Of a stretch of DNA of 64,000 nucleotides, positions 9,084 to 18,643 are shown in pieces; positions within the stretch are counted from its first letter, which is position 1, and each line of letters opens with the position of its first letter. The position numbers and the translations under genes are program-made. The notes below the pieces were generated by a model, which had not been told where the DNA came from, ran no database searches, and was given only the letters and a program-made list of their open reading frames with translations. This DNA comes from a virus (lineage: Duplodnaviria; Caudoviricetes): positions 1-64,000 of the IMG/VR virus record IMGVR_UViG_2639762957_000001. One strand, 5' to 3'.

Positions 9084-9593
9084 ATGACCATCGGCCAAAC
9101 CATCCGGGCTATCCGGCAGGTAAAAGGAATCTCCCAAAAGGAACTGGCAGATATTTGCGGTGTCAGCATGGGTGCCGTTTCTGCCTGGGAACAGGGCCGC
9201 AACGATCCCCGTCCGCGTATTCTGAACAAGATTGCAGAATATTGCCAGATTCCCGTAAATGATCTCCTGCATCCGCCCGAAGACGACATCGTATCCATCG
9301 CCAGTAATGCTACCGGCTCAGGCCGTCAATTTTCTGAAAGGGAAACCAGGCTGATTTATAAATACCGGAAATTGTCTCCCCTTGGCAAAGCTACGGTAAA
9401 TGCTGTCATCCAGGTCCAGCTTGAAGGTATGAAAGAAAAGCCGGCACACGCAGACATTCTCAATGAATCATCCCCATCCGGTTTCTATGCCAATATCAGG
9501 GAATCCAGTCCAGAAATCCAGCAGGAAATGGAACGGTATTTCCATTATTTGAAAGCAAAAGAAGCCGCTAAGGATACAGGAAAGCAGGAATGA
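9084..9593 (+). CDS. XRE-family repressor, divergent from Cro-like gene
   Basis: GISQKELADICGVSMGAVSAWEQGRNDP. Confidence 0.88.
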   Translation: MTIGQTIRAIRQVKGISQKELADICGVSMGAVSAWEQGRNDPRPRILNKIAEYCQIPVNDLLHPPEDDIVSIASNATGSGRQFSERETRLIYKYRKLSPLGKATVNAVIQVQLEGMKEKPAHADILNESSPSGFYANIRESSPEIQQEMERYFHYLKAKEAAKDTGKQE

Positions 9594-9599
9594 TGAAGC

Positions 9600-9659
9600 C
9601 CTATTTGTGCTTATTAGTGCTTAATAAGCCCTATTAGGTCTTATTAAGGCTTATTATGC
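9600..9659. repeat. Phased 10-bp repeat array (CYTAWTARG-N)
   Basis: CCTATTTGTG/CTTATTAGTG/CTTAATAAGC/CCTATTAGGT/CTTATTAAGG/CTTATTATGC. Confidence 0.8.
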
Positions 9660-9688
9660 AGGCTTAGGCGATGCAGCCTTGACACCGC

Positions 9689-9729
9689 AAGAAGCCCCTT
9701 GAGATTCATAGCATCTCAGGGGGCTTCTT
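9689..9729. terminator. Hairpin terminator between convergent genes
   Basis: AAGAAGCCCCTTGAGAT..ATCTCAGGGGGCTTCTT. Confidence 0.65.
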
Positions 9730-9737
9730 ACATTTCA

Positions 9738-10343
9738 TCACCATATATCTATCGTAGCGGGATGGTCATAATCATAGTCGATATGATGGGCATATACGTA
9801 TACTTCGTGAGCCGGGAATTCAGCCTGTATCTGTTCATTCCATTGTTCCAGTTTCTTCAGCAAAGCGTCCGTATCCCTTTCATCCGTATTCAACAACCGT
9901 TGCAGGAACTGGCGGCCTTCTTTCTCTCCGGGGTATTCATTACATTCATCAACAAACTGTAATTCCGGTCTTCTTTTCAAGACATACGGTTCAATATAGG
10001 CGTCGATGCACCAGGCTTCGGTAACAAACGCTTTATGGATGTCGTTGGTCATATACAACCCTGTCCCCAATTCTTCGGCTGTGTAGATATAATGGATATC
10101 ATCATAAGCGGCTACGAGTTCATCCATATATTCATGGCATGGCTTCCACTTCGTTTCTACCTTGAACAGGAAATACTGCCCGGCAGGCTCATCGACTATC
10201 GCCCCGACATGGTCAACCAATATCTCCGTATCCTTATAATGGATAACGGCATGCCCAAGCTTGAGCTGTTCCCAAATCTGTGTCAGCCCTTCATAGTTCT
10301 TTTTCGTCAGAATCGCATAATAAGTCGTACACCAGTTAGCCAT
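9738..10343 (-). CDS. Hypothetical protein, YubB/DUF1281-like
   Basis: MANWC N-terminus plus ETKWKP and YTAEELG motifs; RBS AAAGGA. Confidence 0.6.
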   Translation of the reverse strand: MANWCTTYYAILTKKNYEGLTQIWEQLKLGHAVIHYKDTEILVDHVGAIVDEPAGQYFLFKVETKWKPCHEYMDELVAAYDDIHYIYTAEELGTGLYMTNDIHKAFVTEAWCIDAYIEPYVLKRRPELQFVDECNEYPGEKEGRQFLQRLLNTDERDTDALLKKLEQWNEQIQAEFPAHEVYVYAHHIDYDYDHPATIDIW

Positions 10344-10360
10344 TGAAATCATCCTTTCCC

Positions 10361-10459
10361 TTACATAGTAATCATGAAACCATAGACATAATCCAAAGCC
10401 TTCGTAATCGCATAATGGGATGCAACTACCGTGACCAGATGAGCGACGATGAAGTCCAT
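10361..10459 (-). CDS. Small hydrophobic peptide (32 aa)
   Basis: RBS AAGGAG; MDFIVAHLVTVVASHYAITKALDYVYGFMITM*. Confidence 0.5.
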   Translation of the reverse strand: MDFIVAHLVTVVASHYAITKALDYVYGFMITM

Positions 10460-10483
10460 GTGACCATCTCCTTCCAGCAAACT

Positions 10484-10594
10484 GCCTTCGATGGCTATAC
10501 CCAAACAGGGATGACGCTGATCGTCCAGGAGGAGTCCTGAAAGGAAGCTCCTTGATGGTCAGCGTCATCCCTGTTATCCTCTAAGCCCGAAGGC
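10484..10594 (+). promoter_or_regulatory. Putative ssDNA promoter hairpin 5
   Basis: TTGATG(10552)-17-TATCCT(10575); conserved loop and outer stem. Confidence 0.7.
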
Positions 10595-10661
10595 TTGCCA
10601 TCTTCGCTTTTTATTAAGGCTTTTTAGACGTAAAAAGAGAGCTGTTAAGCTCCCTTTTTGA

Positions 10662-12299
10662 TTACGCGGCTTCCATGTCAATATCTCTCGTCTGGCAGGA
10701 AAGGTTCGTCCGCTTTGAATAATCTGCACAGGCTCGGTTGATTCTGTCTGAGGTGCTGACCTGCTTATTGGCAAAAAGCTTGGCCTGTACGATTCTTTGC
10801 CGCTGGATTTCGAGAAGGGCCATGATATTGCCGTCATCATCGGTTACGACGACAAGCTGATTATATTGGTTCATCCGAGTGGCATAGGACAAAGCACAGT
10901 TCCGTAAGGCCATGGAAATCTTTTTCAGCTCGCTTTTCCGTTCGACGCAATGGAACTGGTAGCCGTCGACAGACTGATGCAATGCCTCGATAATCGTCTT
11001 ATCAATCGGGAAAACGACTTCATGTTCTTCCTGCTTGATAATCGCCACAGACAGCCAGTCATGGAGCTTTTGAAAAGGAACCTTTTCTTTTTCAAAAGCT
11101 TTCAGGGTAATCGCATCAGCCATTTTCCACATATGCAAGGTATCTTCATCCTCTTGGCTCCACGGCCGCCGGATAAAACAGCTTGCCTTGATATGCGGAT
11201 AGCGTGGATAGAAGGTATGGACAAAATCGCAGATTTTATCTATGATATAGCGGTCATCGGTATAGTCAGAATAACCGACATATTGCCCTTTTCGTATCCG
11301 TGCCAAATCGGAAAAGACAGGGAAAGCCAGATACGCTAAATCTGCGGTCGGCAAAGAGAAAGCTTTGACCAGTGGATAGAAGTCTTCATAATGCAGGTGC
11401 TTCCGTACAAATGGCGTGTTCGGAAGTTTCAGTGCTTCAATGAGGGCGGCGTCATAGGTCATTCCCTGTTTCATCCGTGCTTCCATATCACTTTCCCAGT
11501 TGTCCGGCAGTTCCTGGCTCTTCACAGCCTTTTTCAGCCAGTCATGGAACGACAAGTTCCCTTTACCACCATAAGGGACGAGGTCGGCATCCCAGAAACG
11601 CACTTTATGGGCCATGGCCAATACGCTGGCAAATACTTTCAGACGACGATTACTGGAAATGAACAGCCTTTTTTCCTGTAGTCCTATCCTTTTCATGTGG
11701 CGGTTGATAGTAGTACGCATCATCCGCAGTAGAGCCGTCAAAGAAGTCCCTCGCCGGACAATATGGTCAGCGGCGATATACCAAAGGGCCGTCCTTTCCC
11801 TCATCGTGTCAAAGGAACTGATGTATCCCAGCTTTTCTGTCTGGTGTACATTACTCTTGTTTTCATCATACGTCCAGTATACGTCATGGCTTTTCATATC
11901 AAAGACAAACCGTTCCTGCACCTTCTGATAGGCCGCATGATACCGTGCGGCATCAGCTTTGATGGCATCATAGGTCAGACGAAGTTCTAGCTTGTCCTTA
12001 AAATCGACAAGTGTGATACGCATAGCATAAGGCATAGGTTGTGTCTTATCATGATTAAACATGACGGCGTTCCCATGGTGATGATGGCCACATGCAGGGC
12101 AGTAGAATTCATCTTCGTTCAGCCGCCAGTTGAAGTAGGAAACGCTGTTGCATACCGCACAATACGCCTTGTATTCATGGTGTTCAGAATCGTAGGATAT
12201 AAAAGCCGTCGGCGTCCCCTGCTCTTTATAGTTTACGATTTGACTTCCGATAATCAATTCAGCAATCTTCTTCATCGTCGTCACCATCCAATCCGGCAA
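10662..12299 (-). CDS. PcfJ-domain protein with N-terminal Zn ribbon
   Basis: LHDWL...ELKKISMALRNCALSY...IVQAKLFAN; CAVC/CPAC. Confidence 0.75.
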   Translation of the reverse strand: MPDWMVTTMKKIAELIIGSQIVNYKEQGTPTAFISYDSEHHEYKAYCAVCNSVSYFNWRLNEDEFYCPACGHHHHGNAVMFNHDKTQPMPYAMRITLVDFKDKLELRLTYDAIKADAARYHAAYQKVQERFVFDMKSHDVYWTYDENKSNVHQTEKLGYISSFDTMRERTALWYIAADHIVRRGTSLTALLRMMRTTINRHMKRIGLQEKRLFISSNRRLKVFASVLAMAHKVRFWDADLVPYGGKGNLSFHDWLKKAVKSQELPDNWESDMEARMKQGMTYDAALIEALKLPNTPFVRKHLHYEDFYPLVKAFSLPTADLAYLAFPVFSDLARIRKGQYVGYSDYTDDRYIIDKICDFVHTFYPRYPHIKASCFIRRPWSQEDEDTLHMWKMADAITLKAFEKEKVPFQKLHDWLSVAIIKQEEHEVVFPIDKTIIEALHQSVDGYQFHCVERKSELKKISMALRNCALSYATRMNQYNQLVVVTDDDGNIMALLEIQRQRIVQAKLFANKQVSTSDRINRACADYSKRTNLSCQTRDIDMEAA

Positions 12300-12684
12300 A
12301 TAAGCTTCCTTCTTCGGTTTTAGCCTTCTTCAAATCATCTTCAATAGCTTTCTTCTGCGCTTCTTCTTTCTGTCTGGCCGTATTCTTGGCCCTTTCAGCT
12401 TCTTCGGCCTTCTGCTTGGCTTCTTTCTGCGCCTTTTCTTCTGCAAGCAAGGCTTCCTTGTGCTTGTTCAACAACAAGACGGCCATGTTCAAAGCCTTTT
12501 CCTGGGTATCACAGAACGCTTCAAGGAACCTCGTCTTTTCCGGTTCCTGAGAATGTTCCTTGTCGTAGGCAATCAAGTTACGAATGGCCTTGAGGAAATC
12601 CAGTTGCATAGAGAAAGTCTGTTCCATCATGGAAACATTGTTCATATCCGGCATACTATCCCATCCTTTCCAGAAGTCAGACAC
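12259..12684 (-). CDS. Hypothetical coiled-coil protein ending GSLF + acidic tail
   Basis: ORF track; first gene after hairpin 6, likely start MPDMN ~12654. Confidence 0.65.
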   Translation of the reverse strand: MSDFWKGWDSMPDMNNVSMMEQTFSMQLDFLKAIRNLIAYDKEHSQEPEKTRFLEAFCDTQEKALNMAVLLLNKHKEALLAEEKAQKEAKQKAEEAERAKNTARQKEEAQKKAIEDDLKKAKTEEGSLFAGLDGDDDEEDC

Positions 12685-12708
12685 CTAAGCCCTTTTGCTT
12701 CCGGCGCT

Positions 12709-12821
12709 ACCTTCGCTGCCATCAAAAAAGCAGAATACGCCCAGGGCGGCAAGGACGGCATAGCCGTACATTTCATCCTTGTCACCCTGGGCGTATCCTG
12801 CTAACCTGCAGCCGCGAAGGT
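12709..12821 (+). promoter_or_regulatory. Putative ssDNA promoter hairpin 6
   Basis: TTGTCA(12779)-17-TAACCT(12802); outer stem ACCTTCGC/GCGAAGGT; different loop. Confidence 0.6.
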
Positions 12822-12933
12822 GATGCTGTTTATTGCTTCTTATTATGGCTCCCTATTATAGTAAGTTTTTTCAAAAAGCCAATCCACCTCTTTTTTCAAA
12901 GATCTGCAGATTCTCTCCGGTTATATAGTTTCC

Positions 12934-14058
12934 TTATCGGGCATTGCTACGCTGTTGCAAAAACGTCAGATACTGCCGATACTTGCGAAGCATCATGTTC
13001 TTGGCGTACTGCTCCATATATGCGTAGTCAGGCTTGCCGTCTTCATCGATTGGGAGCATGACACGCTCACGCTTGATGCTGTCCTTATTGCCCATGTGAC
13101 CATAATTGTATTTTGAGCACGTCTGCTGAATCATACGTGCCATAAACTCACCTCGAAACAAATTCAAGTCGTTATTTCGCAGCATGAGAATTGAGGAGCC
13201 AGCACCACCACGTCCAAGGAAATCCATTGGCTGATAGAAAGAACTCCCATCGACAGGACTTACTGTGATGCAGTTGCCCGCGTCGAGCTGCTCACCCTCA
13301 CACGTTTTGCAACATTTCATCACACCGTTGTTCATTGCTCCTGACGCAACAAACGGTATGTCCCCCATGTCGTAATCGTCCTTGTTTCTGGCTTTTGGAC
13401 GACTGACTTCAAATAGCTCACCAATCCGAAACTCTTTCCACTCCTTCTCGTCCAGTGCCGGGATATCCTTGTATTCCAGCTGGGAGAGCTGCCCAGCGAC
13501 ATAGTTCCTATACCGCATGAGCATACCCCCCCTCATTTCGGAGGCGTACTGCGCCATGTAGCCGTAGTCAGGCTTGCCGTCATCGTCAACAGGGAGTAGA
13601 AACTGTGAGCGAACCATTCGAGAAGGACGCCATTTTCTGGCGTAGATGAAACAAACCCCTTGTTTACGAATCATTTGAGAGAGAAACAGTGCCTCGTCTT
13701 CGTTCATTTCATGATCACGTAGCGTTAGAGGATTAACGTCATGGGTACATGTAAACTGCTTTGGCTGATAGTAGCTGTACCCAATAGCCGACCCATTGTT
13801 AACTACACAAATAGACCCTTTGTCGAATAATTTGCGTTCAATAGGCTCGTTTGGCCCATAACCGACCTTTGAATTATCCTCAACCGCCTGCATGGTACAA
13901 AAACCTGTGACACCATTGTTAATGCCAGACGCACCAATGAATGGCACCTCTCCTTCAGAACTCATTGGCGGTTTTTTGTTATAAAAGCCATGCCCAATAA
14001 CAAATACACTATTTATTGGAATTCGTTTCCATTCCTTCTCATCAAGACTCTGCATCAT
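12934..14058 (-). CDS. Restriction-modification specificity subunit (BcgIB/HsdS-like, two TRDs)
   Basis: Duplicated LDEKEWK...LPxDxDGKPDYxYMxQY conserved blocks. Confidence 0.85.
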   Translation of the reverse strand: MMQSLDEKEWKRIPINSVFVIGHGFYNKKPPMSSEGEVPFIGASGINNGVTGFCTMQAVEDNSKVGYGPNEPIERKLFDKGSICVVNNGSAIGYSYYQPKQFTCTHDVNPLTLRDHEMNEDEALFLSQMIRKQGVCFIYARKWRPSRMVRSQFLLPVDDDGKPDYGYMAQYASEMRGGMLMRYRNYVAGQLSQLEYKDIPALDEKEWKEFRIGELFEVSRPKARNKDDYDMGDIPFVASGAMNNGVMKCCKTCEGEQLDAGNCITVSPVDGSSFYQPMDFLGRGGAGSSILMLRNNDLNLFRGEFMARMIQQTCSKYNYGHMGNKDSIKRERVMLPIDEDGKPDYAYMEQYAKNMMLRKYRQYLTFLQQRSNAR

Positions 14059-14909
14059 CGTCATCCCCTTCAAACAGGTACTCACGGTTCTGCATGACCA
14101 TCGAGAACTCAAACGTCAGGTAGTCGCCTATGGCCTTCTCGAAGTCGGCATCAGTCGGTATCTCGTCGTTGAAGTAGTAGAAGCTGTGCAGCCACTCGTC
14201 GTCCGGCTGCACCGTGGACTCCACGCAAAATTTCGACGGAGCCTCGACGCACCCGTTCCAGACGTCCAGCAGGTGCTGGCGCTTGTCCTTGGCGGAATCG
14301 CCCTCGACCAGCCCGACGTGCGCCCTCGTCTCATAGCCGTCGTCCCTGAAGTCAATGAACTTGCAGACCTTGTCCTTCGGGTGCGGCTCGTGCGCCGTGA
14401 ACACTGCGATGACGGGATTCACGCCAACGCCGTAGAACGTCTCCGTATTGCAGGTGATAACCCCCTCCAGCGTGTGATGCTTCATGATAGATACTTTGAA
14501 TGCCTTTTCAGCCTTTGACTTTCCTGTCATAGATGACTGCGGAACGATGACAGCAGCCCTCGCACCGATTGTCAGTGAATCTAGTAAATGCTCAATGAAG
14601 GACAACTCATACTGAGACGGATCAGCTTTCGTCCCCTGTGAATAGGGCGGATTCATAAGTCCCACTGTTGCGCCTTTCATCTGTACCTGAGCTGGATTTT
14701 TTGCCAGAAAATCACAACATTCCAAATTGCTGTTGCCGTCACGACGCAAAATCATATTGGCACATGCTACGGCAAACATATTACTTTGCAGCTCATACCC
14801 ATGGAGTTGTTTTTTCTTGATATTCCTGCGTTGCTGATCCGAATCCGCCTTAGATAACATGCGATGCATGGCAGAAATCAAAAAGCCGGCTGTACCACAC
14901 GTTGGGTCT
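14042..14909 (-). pseudogene. BcgIA-like N6-adenine methyltransferase/endonuclease, 3' fragment
   Basis: Begins abruptly at DPTCGTAGFL (motif I); NPPY motif; WLHSFYYFNDEIP. Confidence 0.8.
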
Positions 14910-14973
14910 CAAAGGTGTCTGTATTTGATACAATCGAACGATAGCAGGGATTTTGAACACCCCCGTGTTCACT

Positions 14974-15915
14974 TCAATCGGTGTTGTACTGATTGGCTAT
15001 CTTCTTGAGCAGAAGTGCTTTTTCCATGAACCAGTCAAAGTAGTTTTTATATTCTTTTCTATCAAACGCCGCATCAAGCTCCTTGGTCAAAAGCATACGT
15101 CCATCTTTTTCACCTTCTGACCACTCAATGGAAGCGCCTAATTCCTTTTCTATCGTATCTTGATTATCTTTCAGCTGCCTATACCAATCCTTCCCCTTGG
15201 CAACATACAAGCCCGCTGTCGCCCGATGGCGGGATGTGTTGATTGTAAATTCTACCACCACAGACGATACGCCGGTACTCAGGTTGTACCAATTGGTCGC
15301 GAAAGCCTTTCTGCATGAGAAGCTCTTGCTGAACTTACTGTCTTTATCGAAGGCATAGTCACAGAACTGCTGCCAGAAGTTCAATTGGAATTTCCGCAGC
15401 GGCGTCAGGGTTTCTGCAGCTTTCACCGTTTTTGCCCATTCGTTGGGACGTTCTACAACATTAAACCGTGGTGCTGGCAGCGAATCCCCAATGCGCCAGA
15501 GTTCAATTTCAATCAGGAAAAAACCAATATTTTCATCCGTATGCTGATTCAGCCATCCGATAGCCTGTTTATGCTCATCACGAGCCCTTTTGACAATCCA
15601 GACTATAATTTCAGCGTCTTTCCCTGCCGCATACGTAATGATTTTTCCCAAATGATCATGGTCGGTATCTTCCAGCTGATTCTCGATGATAATCCCACGG
15701 GAACTCCCGCTTTCGCGGGCGTAGATGTCTACACTGAAACTTCCTACTGGAGATTCCGTTTCCTCAAGCTCTAGGTCAATTTCAATGGCATCACTCAGCT
15801 GTTCCAGATTTTCTTTTTGGGCAAGCCATTTTGAAAAATCCTGTTCCTCATGCGGCCAGATAGACCGCAAGTCATCAATCCGTTTCATGCACCCTAGTTT
15901 TTCCATATATGTCAC
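14974..15915 (-). CDS. DUF4268-domain protein with N-terminal PD-(D/E)XK-like domain
   Basis: WPHEEQDFSKWL, VDIYA...IIENQLEDTDHDHLGKIITYA. Confidence 0.75.
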   Translation of the reverse strand: MTYMEKLGCMKRIDDLRSIWPHEEQDFSKWLAQKENLEQLSDAIEIDLELEETESPVGSFSVDIYARESGSSRGIIIENQLEDTDHDHLGKIITYAAGKDAEIIVWIVKRARDEHKQAIGWLNQHTDENIGFFLIEIELWRIGDSLPAPRFNVVERPNEWAKTVKAAETLTPLRKFQLNFWQQFCDYAFDKDSKFSKSFSCRKAFATNWYNLSTGVSSVVVEFTINTSRHRATAGLYVAKGKDWYRQLKDNQDTIEKELGASIEWSEGEKDGRMLLTKELDAAFDRKEYKNYFDWFMEKALLLKKIANQYNTD

Positions 15916-15931
15916 TTCACTTCCCGATGCT

Positions 15932-16252
15932 TTAGAAATGCTTCTCCTCTGCCGCCTTGAAATTATAGACTGGTTTCATCACGTCGATAACGTCCACGGT
16001 GTCACCGATGACATCCAAGATATCGTCAAGGGATTTATAGGCCATAGGAGCTTCGTCGATGGTGCCTTCGTTTACCGATGTCGTATATATGCCTGCCATC
16101 TCCTGCTGGTATTCCTTGAGGGAAAGCTCTTTGATTGCCTGTGTACGGGACATGATGCGGCCTGCGCCGTGCGGGGCAGAGTAATTCCATTCAGCATTGC
16201 CTTTGCCAATGGCCAGGATGCTTCCGTCACGCATGTTGATGGGAATAAGGAG
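15932..16252 (-). pseudogene. rtcB: RtcB RNA ligase, C-terminal fragment
   Basis: LIPINMRDGS...SAPHGAGRIMSR...DEAPMAYK...PVYNFKA; 5' part missing. Confidence 0.85.
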
Positions 16253-16414
16253 TTTCCCAAAGTTAAAGATACCACATCAATCCCACGCGGACTTTTGCTC
16301 AACCGATACAGCCGGAGGGCTGGATAACAAGAAAAGGCGGTATGCGCCCCGTGGAGGGGTAGCGTACCGCCTTTTCTTGTGGGGGTTTCCAAAGGGGGCA
16401 ACGCCCCCATTTGG

Positions 16415-16452
16415 CACACGACTTTGCGAAGCAAAGTGTAGTGTGTTATACG
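16415..16452 (+). other. MOBV (pMV158/Tn4451 RSA-type) oriT
   Basis: CACACG-ACTTTGC-GAA-GCAAAGT-GTAGTGTG/TTATAC matches MOBV inverted repeat and nick consensus. Confidence 0.75.
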
Positions 16453-16899
16453 CTCTGCCGGCGTTGCCGTGAAAATGCCGTTGCCGCCGGGGAGGGCAAG
16501 GGCATTTGACGCGGCAGGAAAGCAGGGCTTTGTTTGGGGCTGGTAAGCCGGAAACAAAGGGCTGATTTCAGCAGCAGACAGGGCGTATTATGAAAGCCCC
16601 CGTCCCTCGTCCTCCGCCCCCGGCCTATGGGACAAAAAGTCCCAAAGCTCTGGACACCGTGACCAGATGTGTGGCCACACTCCGGGAAAAGTAGCAGGAC
16701 GGCAGGAAACCGTCAAGGCTGAAATGAATGGGCTGACGCCCGGCCTTGACCGTTCCCCGCCGCCCCGCTGGATGGGTGGACAAGGTGGCCAATCCCTAAA
16801 AGTGTTTGGCCGCACTCGTTCATTTTGGGGCCTTTCTTCTCCCAAAATTGAAATGGGCGGGAAAGCCCTAAAATGGCTTTCCCGCCTTGATTACCCATT

Positions 16900-16986
16900 A
16901 GCAAAGACGGGCGAGACTGTCAACGGCGGCGCTGAAAGCGCCGTTCATCTTGACCGTTGACTGGCTCGCCTGGCTTTGCTACTGCC
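16900..16986 (+). promoter_or_regulatory. Hairpin with ssDNA-promoter/sso-like architecture near oriT
   Basis: AGCAAAGACGGGCGAGACTGTCAACGG / CCGTTGACTGGCTCGCCTGGCTTTGCT; TTGACT-17-TACTGC. Confidence 0.45.
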
Positions 16987-17030
16987 CGTAAGAGATGGAA
17001 AAACAAGATGGAAAACAAGGTTAAAAATGG

Positions 17031-17060
17031 TTGACAAGTCTATCGGATGTGTGTTATACT
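17031..17060 (+). promoter_or_regulatory. Sigma70 promoter for mef-like gene
   Basis: TTGACA-18-TATACT with TG extension. Confidence 0.7.
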
Positions 17061-17335
17061 GTGCGACAGTTTGAGATTGGAAGGAGGCTTACGTGTGTTA
17101 ATTTGTGTACGCTAATAAGCAATAAAAAGTAGAAGTACCTTTCCACATGATGGTGGGCTTTTTTTGCGTGCGTATGCAAAGGAACACGTAGGTTTGACAC
17201 GAGCAGTCTTTGAACTGTATCGTGGTGTTTTTTCGTGCTTTGTTGTTATGCAGGCGTCTGCCCTCTCTGTGGGACAACGCCTGCTTTTTATTGCAGAAAC
17301 AAAGGAACAATGCAATAAAAAAGGAGGTTCGCATT

Positions 17336-18643
17336 ATGACCCAAAACAACAATTCATGGAGAAAAACTTATTTTACACTTCTTGCCGGACAAGCAATATC
17401 CTTTATTAGCAGCGGTATTTTGCAAATGGCCATTATCTTTTATTTGGTTGCGAAAACTAATTCTGCAATCATATTGACGGCGGCAACACTGATTGGATTT
17501 TTGCCGCAAGCCTGTTTAGGCCCGTTTGCAGGTGCTTTTGTTGACCGGCACAGCCGTAAAAGCGTAATGATTGGTGCGGATTTGATAATTGCCGCCGCTG
17601 GCGGTATTCTGGCGCTGGTGGCGTTTTACATGGAATTGCCCGTATGGTCTATTATGGTTGTCCTGTTAATCCGAAGTGCGGGAACTGCTTTTCATTCTCC
17701 AGCATTCAGCGCAGCAACACCTATGATTGTGCCAAAAGAGGAACTTACAAAATGCGCTGGTTACACGCAGACCATGCAAGCAGTAAGTGCGATTATCAGT
17801 CCAGCTGCCGCAGCGTTTTTATATGCTGTTTGGCCTCTTAATGCAATTATATTGTTAGATATTGTGGGTGCAATCCTTGCCTGTGTGACTGTTGCGATTT
17901 CGTCCATACCAACGCCTGAACTATGTCCAGAAACGAAAAGACAACAGTTTTTACAGGATATGAAAGAGGGGTATGTGGTATTAAAGCAAAACAGGGGCCT
18001 CTTTGCTCTGCTCTGGATTGGTGTAATTTATATGTTCTTTTATATGCCAATCAGTACGCTTTTTCCTCTCATCTGTATGTCATACTTCAAAGGAACACCG
18101 GCCCATGCCTCTGCCGCTGAAATTGCTTTTGCGGTTGGTATGCTGCTTGGCGGAGTCATTCTGAGCATTTGGGGCGGTTTTAAGAAACGGCGGTACACCA
18201 TCGGTCTTTCCGTTCTCCTGATGGGCGTTAGCAATATGCTCTCCGGGCTTTTGCCGCCAGACGCATTTCTTGTCTTTGTTGTGTGCTGTACTGTTATGGG
18301 AATTTCCGCTCCATTTTACGGTGTGCAAAATGCGATTTTTCAAGAAACGGTCAAACCAGAATATCTGGGGAGAGTTTTTTCTCTACTGACAAGCGCCGCT
18401 TCCCTCGCCATGCCGTTTGGCCTTGTCATTTCCGGGCCTCTGGCGGAGCGGCTGGGAGTTGAGAAATGGTTTGTCATTTGCGGAATTGGCATTATCATCG
18501 TTGCGCTTGCCGTATTTTTACTACCCGGTTTGAGAGAGATTGACAATGAGAATGTACCGGGATGCCAACCAGTTGCCGCCCAAGCAGGGACGAAGAAGCA
18601 TCTGTGCGCCCTCGTTCAAGAAAGCTCCGGCAGAGCTGGATGA
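17336..18643 (+). CDS. Mef-family macrolide efflux MFS transporter; C-terminus fused to IS sequence
   Basis: GQAISFISSGILQMAIIFYL, GPFAGAFVDRHSRK, PEYLGRVFSL; RBS AAGGAGG; native stop replaced near 18545. Confidence 0.85.
   Translation: MTQNNNSWRKTYFTLLAGQAISFISSGILQMAIIFYLVAKTNSAIILTAATLIGFLPQACLGPFAGAFVDRHSRKSVMIGADLIIAAAGGILALVAFYMELPVWSIMVVLLIRSAGTAFHSPAFSAATPMIVPKEELTKCAGYTQTMQAVSAIISPAAAAFLYAVWPLNAIILLDIVGAILACVTVAISSIPTPELCPETKRQQFLQDMKEGYVVLKQNRGLFALLWIGVIYMFFYMPISTLFPLICMSYFKGTPAHASAAEIAFAVGMLLGGVILSIWGGFKKRRYTIGLSVLLMGVSNMLSGLLPPDAFLVFVVCCTVMGISAPFYGVQNAIFQETVKPEYLGRVFSLLTSAASLAMPFGLVISGPLAERLGVEKWFVICGIGIIIVALAVFLLPGLREIDNENVPGCQPVAAQAGTKKHLCALVQESSGRAG

Noticed and set aside
9738-10568. 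276-aa long start
   Set aside because: Extension runs through hairpin 5 and a small ORF; RBS supports the MANWC start at 10343
16072-16960. ORFs of 60-160 aa around the oriT
   Set aside because: No recognisable motifs or RBS; region explained by oriT and hairpins
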